Shown here one piece after another: positions 1 to 8,065 of a stretch of 61,013 nt of DNA. How positions within the stretch are numbered: position 1 is the stretch's first letter; every line of letters begins with the position of its first letter. The notes beneath the pieces were generated by a model. It was not told the origin of the DNA and ran no database searches. It saw nothing but the letters and a program-made list of their open reading frames with translations. The translations under genes and the position numbers were made by a program. This stretch comes from a virus (lineage: Duplodnaviria > Caudoviricetes): the IMG/VR virus record IMGVR_UViG_3300027734_000072, positions 1 through 61,013 of that record; one strand, given 5' to 3'.

Positions 1-59
1 GTAGTAGTTTGGTAAAAGAATATATATTAGCTAAGTTGAAATTTGAAGATTTAGAATAG
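1..59 (+). CDS. phoH: PhoH-family protein, C-terminal fragment (5' truncated by window)
   Basis: Frame reads (R)SSLVKEYILAKLKFEDLE*, matching the PhoH C-terminal RS-LVKEY motif; phoH-exonuclease-gp33 order is typical of cyanophage-like T4 relatives. Confidence 0.65.
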   Translation, partial: SSLVKEYILAKLKFEDLE

Positions 60-76
60 AAAGTTAATTATATACT

Positions 77-730
77 ATGTTTAATTATTGCACACCAAAA
101 AAACTACAAGATTTAAAATCTGAAACATTTCCTGATGGTAAAAGATATTATACTTTACCTGATGGTACAAAATTGCCTTCTGTTACCACCGTACTAGGCG
201 CCCAAAAGAAACAGGCCATTATGGAATGGCGTAAGAGAGTTGGTGAAGAAGAGGCCAATCGTGTATCTAAGAAAGCGACCAGTCGTGGTACCAATGTACA
301 TACACTATGTGAGAGGTATTTGAATAATGATCCGTTGGGTGATATTATGCCTGATGCCAAAGAGATGTTTGTATCATTGAAGCCATTACTCAATCGTATT
401 AACAACATTCATTACCAAGAGGCGGCCTTGTGGTCTACTAAATTGGAGATGGCAGGTCGTGTGGACTGTATTGGTGAGTTCGATGGTAAACTATCTGTAA
501 TTGATTTTAAAACATCTAAGAGAGTTAAATCGATTACTAGTATTGAAGATTACTTTTGGCAGACCTCAGCATATTCTTTGATGTATGAAGAACTAATTGG
601 TGTACCTATTGATAATTTAGTAATCATTATGGCAGTAGAAGATGAACAACCATTATTATTTCAACAAAAAACGGAAGATCATATTCCAGGTTTAGTAAAG
701 GCAATTAAGTTTTACAAGGAACAAAAATGA
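77..730 (+). CDS. PD-(D/E)XK exonuclease (T4-like phage exonuclease A type)
   Basis: Motifs PSVTTVL, RGTNVH, GRVDCI, IDFKTS, Q-x-x-AY. Confidence 0.85.
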   Translation: MFNYCTPKKLQDLKSETFPDGKRYYTLPDGTKLPSVTTVLGAQKKQAIMEWRKRVGEEEANRVSKKATSRGTNVHTLCERYLNNDPLGDIMPDAKEMFVSLKPLLNRINNIHYQEAALWSTKLEMAGRVDCIGEFDGKLSVIDFKTSKRVKSITSIEDYFWQTSAYSLMYEELIGVPIDNLVIIMAVEDEQPLLFQQKTEDHIPGLVKAIKFYKEQK

Positions 731-1311
731 GTGAATTGAGCCATTTAAATATTGGTGTATTAAAAGATAAGTTTGATCTACAGGATTTTGTAGAAACTGG
801 TTGTTATCTTGGTAATGGTATACAATGTGCAACTGATAATAATTTTACCAATTTATATTCTTGTGATATTAATCAAATTTATGTTACAGATTGTAAAACT
901 AAATTCCCTAATGCCAATATTGTACATTCGGAGAGTTTGGCTTTTTTAAAACAATCACTACCAACACTTAACAACAGGACATTGTTTTGGTTAGATGCTC
1001 ACTTTCCTGATTACTATGGTACTAATGATAAAACAGAAGAATTTAGAATACCATTGATTACTGAAATGGAACTAATCAAACAGTTGAAACCAGACTACAC
1101 CAAAGATGTTTTCATTTGTGATGACATGAGAACCTTCCGATCACCTTTAAACTCAAGGTACAACGAAGGAGAGATAGAGGAACGGTTCTGTATTGATGTA
1201 GATTGGAATTATTTTACTAATATTTTTGGCGCCACACACCAGTATGAGTTGATTAATGCTTTGGATGGCGTTATGGTATTTTACCCTAAAGATTACAAGG
1301 AACAAAAATGA
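712..1311 (+). repeat. 19-bp direct repeat TTACAAGGAACAAAAATGA (712-730 and 1293-1311)
   Basis: Identical copies flank the 727..1311 gene; both upstream proteins end in YKEQK. Confidence 0.9.
727..1311 (+). CDS. Putative class I SAM-dependent methyltransferase-like protein
   Basis: FVETGCYLGNG motif-I-like loop, FWLDAH and ICDD motifs. Confidence 0.55.
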   Translation: MSELSHLNIGVLKDKFDLQDFVETGCYLGNGIQCATDNNFTNLYSCDINQIYVTDCKTKFPNANIVHSESLAFLKQSLPTLNNRTLFWLDAHFPDYYGTNDKTEEFRIPLITEMELIKQLKPDYTKDVFICDDMRTFRSPLNSRYNEGEIEERFCIDVDWNYFTNIFGATHQYELINALDGVMVFYPKDYKEQK

Positions 1312-1745
1312 AAAACATACTAATTGCATTACTATTGGTTACTTCAACAACAGTATTTGCACAAAAACAAAAAGAAGGCGTAACATATAACGCCACCATC
1401 ACCAGAGTGATCGATGGTGATACTGTAGCATTTCAAGCATTATGGTTACCCGACCCACTAAAGAAAGAATTGTCTATTCGTGTATTTGGTGTGGATACTC
1501 CAGAAAAAGGATTTAGAGCACAATGTCCTTCTGAAGATGCTCGTGGACAGGCCGCATCAGCATTTACCAAAAGTATGATTAATGGTGCCACTACTCGCCA
1601 AGTGGTGTTAATGGATTGGGACAAGTATGGTGGTCGTGTCCTAGGTGATGTATTGTTAGATGGTAAGTCGTTGCGTTCCATGTTGATCCAACAAGGATAT
1701 GCACGGGAATACTATGGTGAAGCTAAGACCAGTTGGTGTAATTGA
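1308..1745 (+). CDS. Thermonuclease (SNase-like) with N-terminal signal peptide
   Basis: RVIDGDT, IRVFGVDTPE and DKYGGRVLG motifs; MKNILIALLLVTSTTVFA signal-like N-terminus. Confidence 0.88.
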   Translation: MKNILIALLLVTSTTVFAQKQKEGVTYNATITRVIDGDTVAFQALWLPDPLKKELSIRVFGVDTPEKGFRAQCPSEDARGQAASAFTKSMINGATTRQVVLMDWDKYGGRVLGDVLLDGKSLRSMLIQQGYAREYYGEAKTSWCN

Positions 1746-1751
1746 AATTTG

Positions 1752-1759
1752 GATAAATA
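1752..1759 (+). promoter_or_regulatory. T4-type late promoter (GATAAATA)
   Basis: Variant of TATAAATA in an intergenic region; the window encodes gp33. Confidence 0.6.
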
Positions 1760-1763
1760 ATAT

Positions 1764-1812
1764 TACTAGATAACACACAACCGTCTAGTAACACACATAA
1801 ACACACATAGGA
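1764..1812 (+). promoter_or_regulatory. 5' leader hairpin plus three ACACACA repeats
   Basis: TACTAGA(1764-1770)/TCTAGTA(1784-1790) stem; ACACACA once in the loop and twice before the AGGAG SD. Confidence 0.55.
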
Positions 1813-1820
1813 GTACAAGC

Positions 1821-2099
1821 ATGACACCATTCGAGATCCGCCTCGAACTTTTAAAAATGGCCAGAGACCTTCTGGTTGATGATTTTAAAAGTCAAAAACA
1901 ATCCCTCGTAGAAAACTGGCAACAACAAGTCGAATCGGCTAAGGTAGCAGGCACAGCCTCACCTGAATATCCAGTACTACCACAATTCCCAACTGAAGAT
2001 GAAATTGTAACCAAAGCAGATACGCTTAATCAATTCGTTTCTCAGACACAACCGCAACCGCAACCTGAAATCAAAATAATAAAGAAAACTAATTCATAA
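1821..2099 (+). CDS. Hypothetical protein (MTPFEIRLELLKMA type)
   Basis: AGGAG SD, 92-aa helical ORF. Confidence 0.75.
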   Translation: MTPFEIRLELLKMARDLLVDDFKSQKQSLVENWQQQVESAKVAGTASPEYPVLPQFPTEDEIVTKADTLNQFVSQTQPQPQPEIKIIKKTNS

Positions 2100-2120
2100 T
2101 TGTTGCATAAACAAGGAGAT

Positions 2121-2648
2121 ATGATGTTTAATTATAAAACATTAGTAATGATATTGGTCAGTTTGGTGACCCTCTATACGGCACCAACCATATCAGCAGA
2201 ATATGTTAATACATTAGCCGAGAAAGAAGTAACGGCAGAATATAACAAACAAGTAGAATGTCTTGCAAAAAATATTTACTATGAATCCGGTAGTGAGAAA
2301 TATGAAGGCAAGTTGGCTGTGGCACAGGTAACATTGAACCGTGTTAATAGTGGAAAGTTTCCATCTGACATATGTTCCGTTGTTTACCAAAAAACCACAG
2401 ACCAAAATTTAAGAACCGTTTGCCAATTCTCATGGACCTGTATGGTCAAAGAGATGGTAAAAAAAGACAAGTATATGTGGGAAGAATCGGTAAATATTGC
2501 TAAAAGAGCATTGACAGAACCATTTGTACATGATACCATAGCACAATCAAATGCATTGTATTTCCATGCAGTTTATATAAAGCCTAATTGGAGTCAGACC
2601 AAGGTCGTTAAACAAATAGGGAATCATATATTTTATAGTAAGATTTAA
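2121..2648 (+). CDS. SleB-like cell wall hydrolase (Hydrolase_2)
   Basis: CLAKNIYYE, AVAQVTLNRV, CQFSW, ALYFHA and IGNHIFY motifs; ATG at 2121 follows AGGAG; hydrophobic N-terminus. Confidence 0.88.
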   Translation: MMFNYKTLVMILVSLVTLYTAPTISAEYVNTLAEKEVTAEYNKQVECLAKNIYYESGSEKYEGKLAVAQVTLNRVNSGKFPSDICSVVYQKTTDQNLRTVCQFSWTCMVKEMVKKDKYMWEESVNIAKRALTEPFVHDTIAQSNALYFHAVYIKPNWSQTKVVKQIGNHIFYSKI

Positions 2649-2649
2649 T

Positions 2650-2871
2650 ATGCCAAGTCGTGAAGAAATTAAAAATTTTAGTATGTTGATTGAAGAGTTG
2701 GCAACCAGTAAACGAATAGGCCTAATGGATTCTATATGTCATCATTGTAAAGAATCCGGCCTTGAAGTTGAGGTTGCTGCCACTCTATTATCATCCGCTC
2801 TCAAAGCAAGAATCAAAGAAGAAGCACAAGAATTAAACCTATTGAAAAAAAGTTCTAAACTACCAATATGA
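2650..2871 (+). CDS. gp33: Late promoter transcription co-activator gp33
   Basis: FS-IE, D-I-H-C, LK-RI-EA-LN-L and KLPI pattern; sits before gp59/gp32. Confidence 0.85.
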   Translation: MPSREEIKNFSMLIEELATSKRIGLMDSICHHCKESGLEVEVAATLLSSALKARIKEEAQELNLLKKSSKLPI

Positions 2872-3488
2872 CAGAAAACACAGGCTTTGCATCATATGCC
2901 TTGTGGAATTCTTTGAAGTTACATTTTACATCATCGTCATACGATTACTTCAAATACCACGGCAAGACCAATGTATCAAAGCAATCATTTACCACTCGTA
3001 AAGACAAGTACCAATTCTCCAAGTTGTCCCGTAAATACAGTTTGGAAGAATTGAGGGACTTCTATGTGGCAAACTTTGTTAATGGTAATGGTGATTGGGT
3101 AGGTAACCTATTACAAGATGGTGATGAGAATTATACCAAGTGGCAAAAGATTCAACAAAGCTTGACTTATACCTTTGAGAATGATATAATATACTTGTTC
3201 GATAGCGTTGATGGTGCGGAGTTCTGGTCTATGGATGATTACTTCAAACCTGTTGATGGTGGTTGGCCGATGTTAATCACCAAACTAATGCACAATAAGA
3301 TTACACTAGAAACGGTTTGTATATTGATTGATATTGTTGGTTGTATGCCTCGATGGGAAAAACAAATAACAGAAGATATTATTTGGCCAACACACCATAG
3401 AATTATTACAAAATATACTCCGTTTATAAAATACGATAAAGATAAGTTTTTACATATATTAAAGAAAAAGATTAAAGAATATGCCTGA
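2868..3488 (+). CDS. gp59: Helicase loader gp59
   Basis: LKLHFT-YDYFKYHGK, RKDKYQF-KL and ITLET motifs; synteny. Confidence 0.88.
   Translation: MTENTGFASYALWNSLKLHFTSSSYDYFKYHGKTNVSKQSFTTRKDKYQFSKLSRKYSLEELRDFYVANFVNGNGDWVGNLLQDGDENYTKWQKIQQSLTYTFENDIIYLFDSVDGAEFWSMDDYFKPVDGGWPMLITKLMHNKITLETVCILIDIVGCMPRWEKQITEDIIWPTHHRIITKYTPFIKYDKDKFLHILKKKIKEYA
3162..3190 (+). promoter_or_regulatory. Sigma70-like promoter inside gp59
   Basis: TTGACT-17bp-TATAAT with extended -10 TG. Confidence 0.6.
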
Positions 3489-3972
3489 AGTTAAAATTAG
3501 TAAAATATACTTGGACATGGATGGTGTGATTGCCGACTTTGATAACCGATATAAACAACTATACAAGATTTACCCAAGTGAAGCCGATACCTACAAGGTG
3601 TTCGACAGTTTCTTTGCACAGTTTATTGCTGACGAACAATTCGCCAAATTGGACTTATTGCCTGATGCTGTAGAATTGATTGAGTACCTAAAGACTTTAT
3701 CAATACCTACCGAGATTCTATCATCAACATCATCCGAGAGGCGTGATGCTGATATTAGAAAGCAGAAATTGGAATGGTTGGATAAACATGGTATTACATT
3801 TCCTGTAAATCTAGTACCAGGTAAAAGATTCAAGAAAGATTATTCGAATTCAAGTGTACTATTGATTGATGATACATCCGTTAACATCGATCAATGGCGT
3901 AGAGAAGGTGGTATTGGTATACTTCATAGTGATACCGCCACCACACTCAATATATTGAAAATGTACATTTGA
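3481..3972 (+). CDS. HAD-superfamily 5'(3')-deoxyribonucleotidase-like protein
   Basis: YLDMDGVIADF motif I, ILSS motif II, K, LIDD motif IV. Confidence 0.8.
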   Translation: MPEVKISKIYLDMDGVIADFDNRYKQLYKIYPSEADTYKVFDSFFAQFIADEQFAKLDLLPDAVELIEYLKTLSIPTEILSSTSSERRDADIRKQKLEWLDKHGITFPVNLVPGKRFKKDYSNSSVLLIDDTSVNIDQWRREGGIGILHSDTATTLNILKMYI

Positions 3973-3997
3973 CATTGGATAAATATTCTGATATAGT
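3969..3997 (+). promoter_or_regulatory. Composite promoter for gp32: sigma70 TTGACA-17-TATAGT with late GATAAATA (3978-3985) in the spacer
   Basis: Direct sequence match upstream of gp32. Confidence 0.7.
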
Positions 3998-4071
3998 AGT
4001 TGATTATGAGCAGTACATTGAAAGTAGTTTATATTCCGTTAATACTCCGTTTATACGAAAGGTAGCACAAT

Positions 4072-4962
4072 ATGAGTTTTGCAAATCTAAAACGCCAATC
4101 TGGCAATCTCGATAAATTATCTAAAGCAATCGAGGCACTCTCCCAAACATCCGAAGGTGGTTCAGAGAAATCTGATAATTTCTGGCGTCCAGAAGTTGAT
4201 AAAGCAGGTAACGGCATGGCTGTTATTCGTTTTCTCCCAGCATCCGAGAAAGATGGCGATGATGCATTACCTTGGGTTAAAATTCATTCTCATGGATTCC
4301 AAGGACCTGGTGGTTGGTTAATTGATAATTGTTTGACCACCAAGAACCAACAATGTCCTGTATGTGAACACAACTCTACATTATGGAATTCAGGCATTGA
4401 AGCCAACAAAGATGTAGTCCGTAAACAAAAGCGTAAATTGAATTACATCGCCAATGTGTATATCGTTTCTGATCCTAAACATCCAGAAAACGAAGGACAA
4501 GTGAAGTTGTTCCGTTTCGGTAAGAAAATCTTTGATAAGATTACTGAAGCAATGAATCCACAGTTTGAAGATGAAACACCAATCAATCCATTTGATTTAT
4601 GGAAAGGTGCTAACTTTAAGTTGAAGATTCGTAAAGTGGAAGGTTATCAGAACTATGATAAGTCCGAGTTCGATACATCTGAACCTTTGTTGTCTGATGA
4701 TGATGAGTTGGAAAAGATTTATAAGTCCGAATTCTCTCTTCAAGAATTAATTGGAGATAAGGAGTTCAAGTCTTATGATGAGTTGAAGAAACGCCTTGAC
4801 AAAGTTCTCGGTCTCAATGGTGAAGCACCTAAGACAACCGTAGAACAAGTTAAAGCTAAGACCTTTGATGCACCTAAGGCTAAGGCAGAAGATTCACCCT
4901 TTAAAGATCATGCTGAAGAGGATGATCTAAGTTATTTCAGTAAGTTAGCTGAAGAAGATTAA
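4072..4962 (+). CDS. gp32: Single-stranded DNA-binding protein gp32
   Basis: DKAGNG-AVIRFLP, HGFQGPGGW, C-x8-CPVC zinc site, FGKKIFDKI, acidic tail DDLSYFSKLAEED. Confidence 0.96.
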   Translation: MSFANLKRQSGNLDKLSKAIEALSQTSEGGSEKSDNFWRPEVDKAGNGMAVIRFLPASEKDGDDALPWVKIHSHGFQGPGGWLIDNCLTTKNQQCPVCEHNSTLWNSGIEANKDVVRKQKRKLNYIANVYIVSDPKHPENEGQVKLFRFGKKIFDKITEAMNPQFEDETPINPFDLWKGANFKLKIRKVEGYQNYDKSEFDTSEPLLSDDDELEKIYKSEFSLQELIGDKEFKSYDELKKRLDKVLGLNGEAPKTTVEQVKAKTFDAPKAKAEDSPFKDHAEEDDLSYFSKLAEED

Positions 4963-4981
4963 ACCTAAGACCCCTTGGTTT

Positions 4982-5006
4982 AAACCCACCGAAAGGTGGG
5001 TTTTTT
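4982..5006 (+). terminator. Intrinsic terminator between convergent blocks
   Basis: AAACCCACC-GAAA-GGTGGGTTT stem with GNRA loop and T-run. Confidence 0.88.
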
Positions 5007-5011
5007 ATTGG

Positions 5012-6295
5012 TTAAACTACTCTGGTACTTTCGTAAATCATTTTTGCGAATGTTTCTTCTTGATTTCTTACTGGCGGTAGTGGACCTTTGGTACTAGTAG
5101 ATGATAATGATTTACTAATTGCATTGTTATTAACTACCGATTCACCTTCAGATAATTTTTCTTGTACTTTTGCATTTAAATTCTCACCTTGTACCTGATT
5201 CAATTGTTGACCAGTATTTGGAGAAGAAGTGCCTTGTGCCATTGCAGTTGGCGCAGGTGAAGATTCAGATCCAGTAGGTGATGCAGTTGGTGCAGATGGT
5301 GTACTTGCTGGTGTGGATGATGTTCCAGATTCCGGTTTTGGTGCAGGAGTATTTGTTGTTCTATCTTGGATTGGTGTTGTTAAGTCCATAATTTGTTCAG
5401 GACTATAACCTTTAGATGCCAAAAACTCAGGTACTTTATTTCCAAAATATTTTGTTTTCCATGGTGCATCTTTTAATGCAGCATTTAAACTATCTCGTCT
5501 GGCTAATTCGGCTTTCTTTTCTTCTTCAGTTAAGTCCTCAAAAGCTTTGTTTGCATCCAATTGCTGAGTTGCACCACCGGAAGCATCCATTGCACCCGAA
5601 ACTTTACTTGCAGTTTCATGTGATTCATCGCTAGCTTGTGACATTGCATAAAATAATGCACCTAAACTGGCCGCAATCAAAATAGGTCCACCAACGGGAC
5701 CAACGAAGAATTTACCAATAGTACTGAGTAAGCTTATTGCTGATTTTGCGCCACCAAATGCATCTAAAATATCACCAAGAATACCTCCTGGATTGAATTC
5801 ATCTTCTTTCTTTTTGACTACTGATGCTTTACCTGCATATGGTTTACCGGTAATGGCTTCCATCAATTCTTTGTGCCTTCTCAGCCGTTCCATTTCTTTT
5901 TCTTCTTTGAATTTATCTTGATCATCACGCATCTTTGCATTATCTTCATTTGTCTTTTGCATCAATGAATAAATTTTCATTAACATATCAACCATTTCAT
6001 TACCAGCTTCCAGTTTACCTATTTTGGTAGAGGTCTTTTTACCGGTAAAATGTTCCATATCCTTTTGACTTCTACCAGACAATTTACCAACAACGGCTGC
6101 ACCTAGTTTACCACCAAAAAACTTACCAATGTTCATAGGATCAAATTTTTCTTTGATGCCAGTCATTCTTGCTTTAGAACCCTCACTTAATGTGGATTTA
6201 ATGGATGAACCAATGCCTTGACCTTCAGTCAATTTATCGGCCATTCTAGAACCGAATGATTGTCCTCTAATTTTTTTAGCGTCTTGGTAATCCAT
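5012..6295 (-). CDS. Baseplate hub/tape-measure-like protein (paralog B)
   Basis: Lies downstream of gp26/gp51; coiled-coil plus hydrophobic segment; N-terminus strongly similar to 6299..7867. Confidence 0.5.
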   Translation of the reverse strand: MDYQDAKKIRGQSFGSRMADKLTEGQGIGSSIKSTLSEGSKARMTGIKEKFDPMNIGKFFGGKLGAAVVGKLSGRSQKDMEHFTGKKTSTKIGKLEAGNEMVDMLMKIYSLMQKTNEDNAKMRDDQDKFKEEKEMERLRRHKELMEAITGKPYAGKASVVKKKEDEFNPGGILGDILDAFGGAKSAISLLSTIGKFFVGPVGGPILIAASLGALFYAMSQASDESHETASKVSGAMDASGGATQQLDANKAFEDLTEEEKKAELARRDSLNAALKDAPWKTKYFGNKVPEFLASKGYSPEQIMDLTTPIQDRTTNTPAPKPESGTSSTPASTPSAPTASPTGSESSPAPTAMAQGTSSPNTGQQLNQVQGENLNAKVQEKLSEGESVVNNNAISKSLSSTSTKGPLPPVRNQEETFAKMIYESTRVV

Positions 6296-6298
6296 CTA

Positions 6299-7867
6299 TT
6301 AACCTTTTTTCTTTAAATGTGCAGGTCTATCATCAACAGTTTCAGTTGATTGTTTGGTTTCTTTATTCTCGGCCGAAACGGTAGTATTGTTGGTAGTAGT
6401 TTGTTTTGGTTTATCTTTATTTAAGCTTTCTTTTAAATCTTTATTCTCTTTAGATGCTTGGTCTAGTTTGGAACCAGTTGAAACATTTCCATCAAGTGCA
6501 GCAGAATATTCATCCACTTTTGAAAGTATTTTTGCACCAACACCCACATCCAAATTTAATTTTGCTCCACCAATTGCTTGTGTAACTGCTCTATTGGCTG
6601 TCTGTTGGTCAGTAAAATCATTTATTTTATTACCAACACCTTTTTTAACAAATGCGGCCACAATTGTAGCATCAATATCTGGTTGATTAACCAAGTCCGG
6701 ATTACCAACCAAATCTTTTTTTACAACATCACTATAAGCTTTATAATTATTTTTACCTGTCAATTGTATGGAACCACGGCCACGATATTTAAAACCATCA
6801 CCTTCTTGTGTGTTACCCATACTTTGGCCAATTTTGGTATCTTTACCATAAACCATTTCACCAAATTTATACGGATCTTTTTTAATTTCATTTAATTCAG
6901 CATCAGAATATTTTTGTGTTCTGCTGGTAAAAACTTCTCGTATTCTTTCATTCGAAGTGTTTCCATATGCGGCAAGATTTTCATCACGGGGTTTAAAACC
7001 TGTTTCTTTACCCACATTAGCAATAACTGCTTTTTGAGCATATGCATTAGTAATTCCAGCTGCAACCAAACCAGTAGTAATGACTCCAATTACACCAGCA
7101 CCAGATGCAACCGTACCTGCAATACCTTTGCCAGCTGTAACAGGGGCTCTTGGTGCTGAAGGTGTTGGAGCTTTTTCTGCTGATGGTTTTGCTGTAGGAG
7201 GTTTAGGTGCTTCTTTAGGTGGAACCTTTTCAGGAGCTTTAGGTGCTTCTTTAGGAGTTGGTGCCTTTTCAACCTTTGGTTTTTTCTCAGTAGGCTTTGG
7301 TGCTTCTTCTTTTTTAGAAGGTTTCTTAGGTTCTGGCTTAGGTTCTTCTTTTGTAGGCTTTTCTTTTTTTGGTTTTTCTTTTTTTCTTCTAGCCGTAAGA
7401 GCTTTAACCAATTCTTGGTTTCTAAGTTCTTCTTCAGAATCTTTTTCTTCTATTGAACCCTTTTCTTCTTCTCTTCTAAGTTTTTCATCATCCAAATTTC
7501 TTAACATTAAACGATAAATCAAACCAAGAGCATCTACAGCCATACTATCTGCTTGAGAATCTAATTGACCTGGGGTTTTGTTTTTACCTGGACCTCTTGT
7601 TTTCTTGTCGGTAAAGAATTTCATGTCCTCTTTTGACCGACCCATCATTTTACCATATAAAGCAGGACCTAGTTTACTACCAAAGGTCATGGTTTTAACA
7701 ATGTTCATAGGATCAAAGGTTTCTTTGATACCAGTCATTCGTGCTTTGGTTTTTTCTGAGAGTGTTTCACGCAGGGAAGAACCGATCCCTTTGCCGCCAG
7801 TTAATTTGTCGGTCATAAGGTCGGAAAAGGATTTATTCCTTAAATCTTTGGCCTTTTGGTAGTCCAT
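6299..7867 (-). CDS. Baseplate hub/tape-measure-like protein with GH19 (chitinase/lysozyme) domain (paralog A)
   Basis: ETG...ENL and GDGFKYRGRGSIQLTGKNNY GH19 signature; K/P/E-rich linker. Confidence 0.7.
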   Translation of the reverse strand: MDYQKAKDLRNKSFSDLMTDKLTGGKGIGSSLRETLSEKTKARMTGIKETFDPMNIVKTMTFGSKLGPALYGKMMGRSKEDMKFFTDKKTRGPGKNKTPGQLDSQADSMAVDALGLIYRLMLRNLDDEKLRREEEKGSIEEKDSEEELRNQELVKALTARRKKEKPKKEKPTKEEPKPEPKKPSKKEEAPKPTEKKPKVEKAPTPKEAPKAPEKVPPKEAPKPPTAKPSAEKAPTPSAPRAPVTAGKGIAGTVASGAGVIGVITTGLVAAGITNAYAQKAVIANVGKETGFKPRDENLAAYGNTSNERIREVFTSRTQKYSDAELNEIKKDPYKFGEMVYGKDTKIGQSMGNTQEGDGFKYRGRGSIQLTGKNNYKAYSDVVKKDLVGNPDLVNQPDIDATIVAAFVKKGVGNKINDFTDQQTANRAVTQAIGGAKLNLDVGVGAKILSKVDEYSAALDGNVSTGSKLDQASKENKDLKESLNKDKPKQTTTNNTTVSAENKETKQSTETVDDRPAHLKKKG

Positions 7868-7870
7868 CTA

Positions 7871-8065
7871 CTATCTCTTCTGTCTTTCTCGTATCTTTTG
7901 GTTTTCTTCTTCAATATACTGAATCAACATAGCGATGTAAATATCTCTTTCCCAAGGTATCATGCTTTCAAGTTCGGTTAAACTGTACTTATGGTGTTGC
8001 ATTAACGAAAAATTCGTTTTATAATAATTACTCAGATTGTCATGACGAAATGTTAACCGAAAAAA
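7871..8065 (-). CDS. gp51: gp51-like baseplate hub assembly protein (not in ORF track; first ATG at 8002, conserved part extends upstream; probably reached by -1 frameshift from gp26)
   Basis: Frame reads FFRLTFRHDNLSNYYKTNFSLMQHHKYSLTELESMIPWERDIYIAMLIQYIEEENQKIRERQKR*. Confidence 0.78.
   Translation of the reverse strand, partial: FFRLTFRHDNLSNYYKTNFSLMQHHKYSLTELESMIPWERDIYIAMLIQYIEEENQKIRERQKR

Noticed and set aside
77-730. Cas4/CRISPR association of the exonuclease
   Set aside because: Lacks the four-Cys Fe-S pattern of Cas4, and no repeat-spacer array or cas genes are seen
5416-7862. Plus-strand ORFs opposite the tape-measure-like genes
   Set aside because: Antisense shadows of low-complexity K/P/E coding sequence
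7865-7873. TAG recoding or alternative genetic code suggested by TAG TAG ATG
   Set aside because: Genes are full length in the standard code, TAG ends other genes, and the paralogous junction uses TAA TAG
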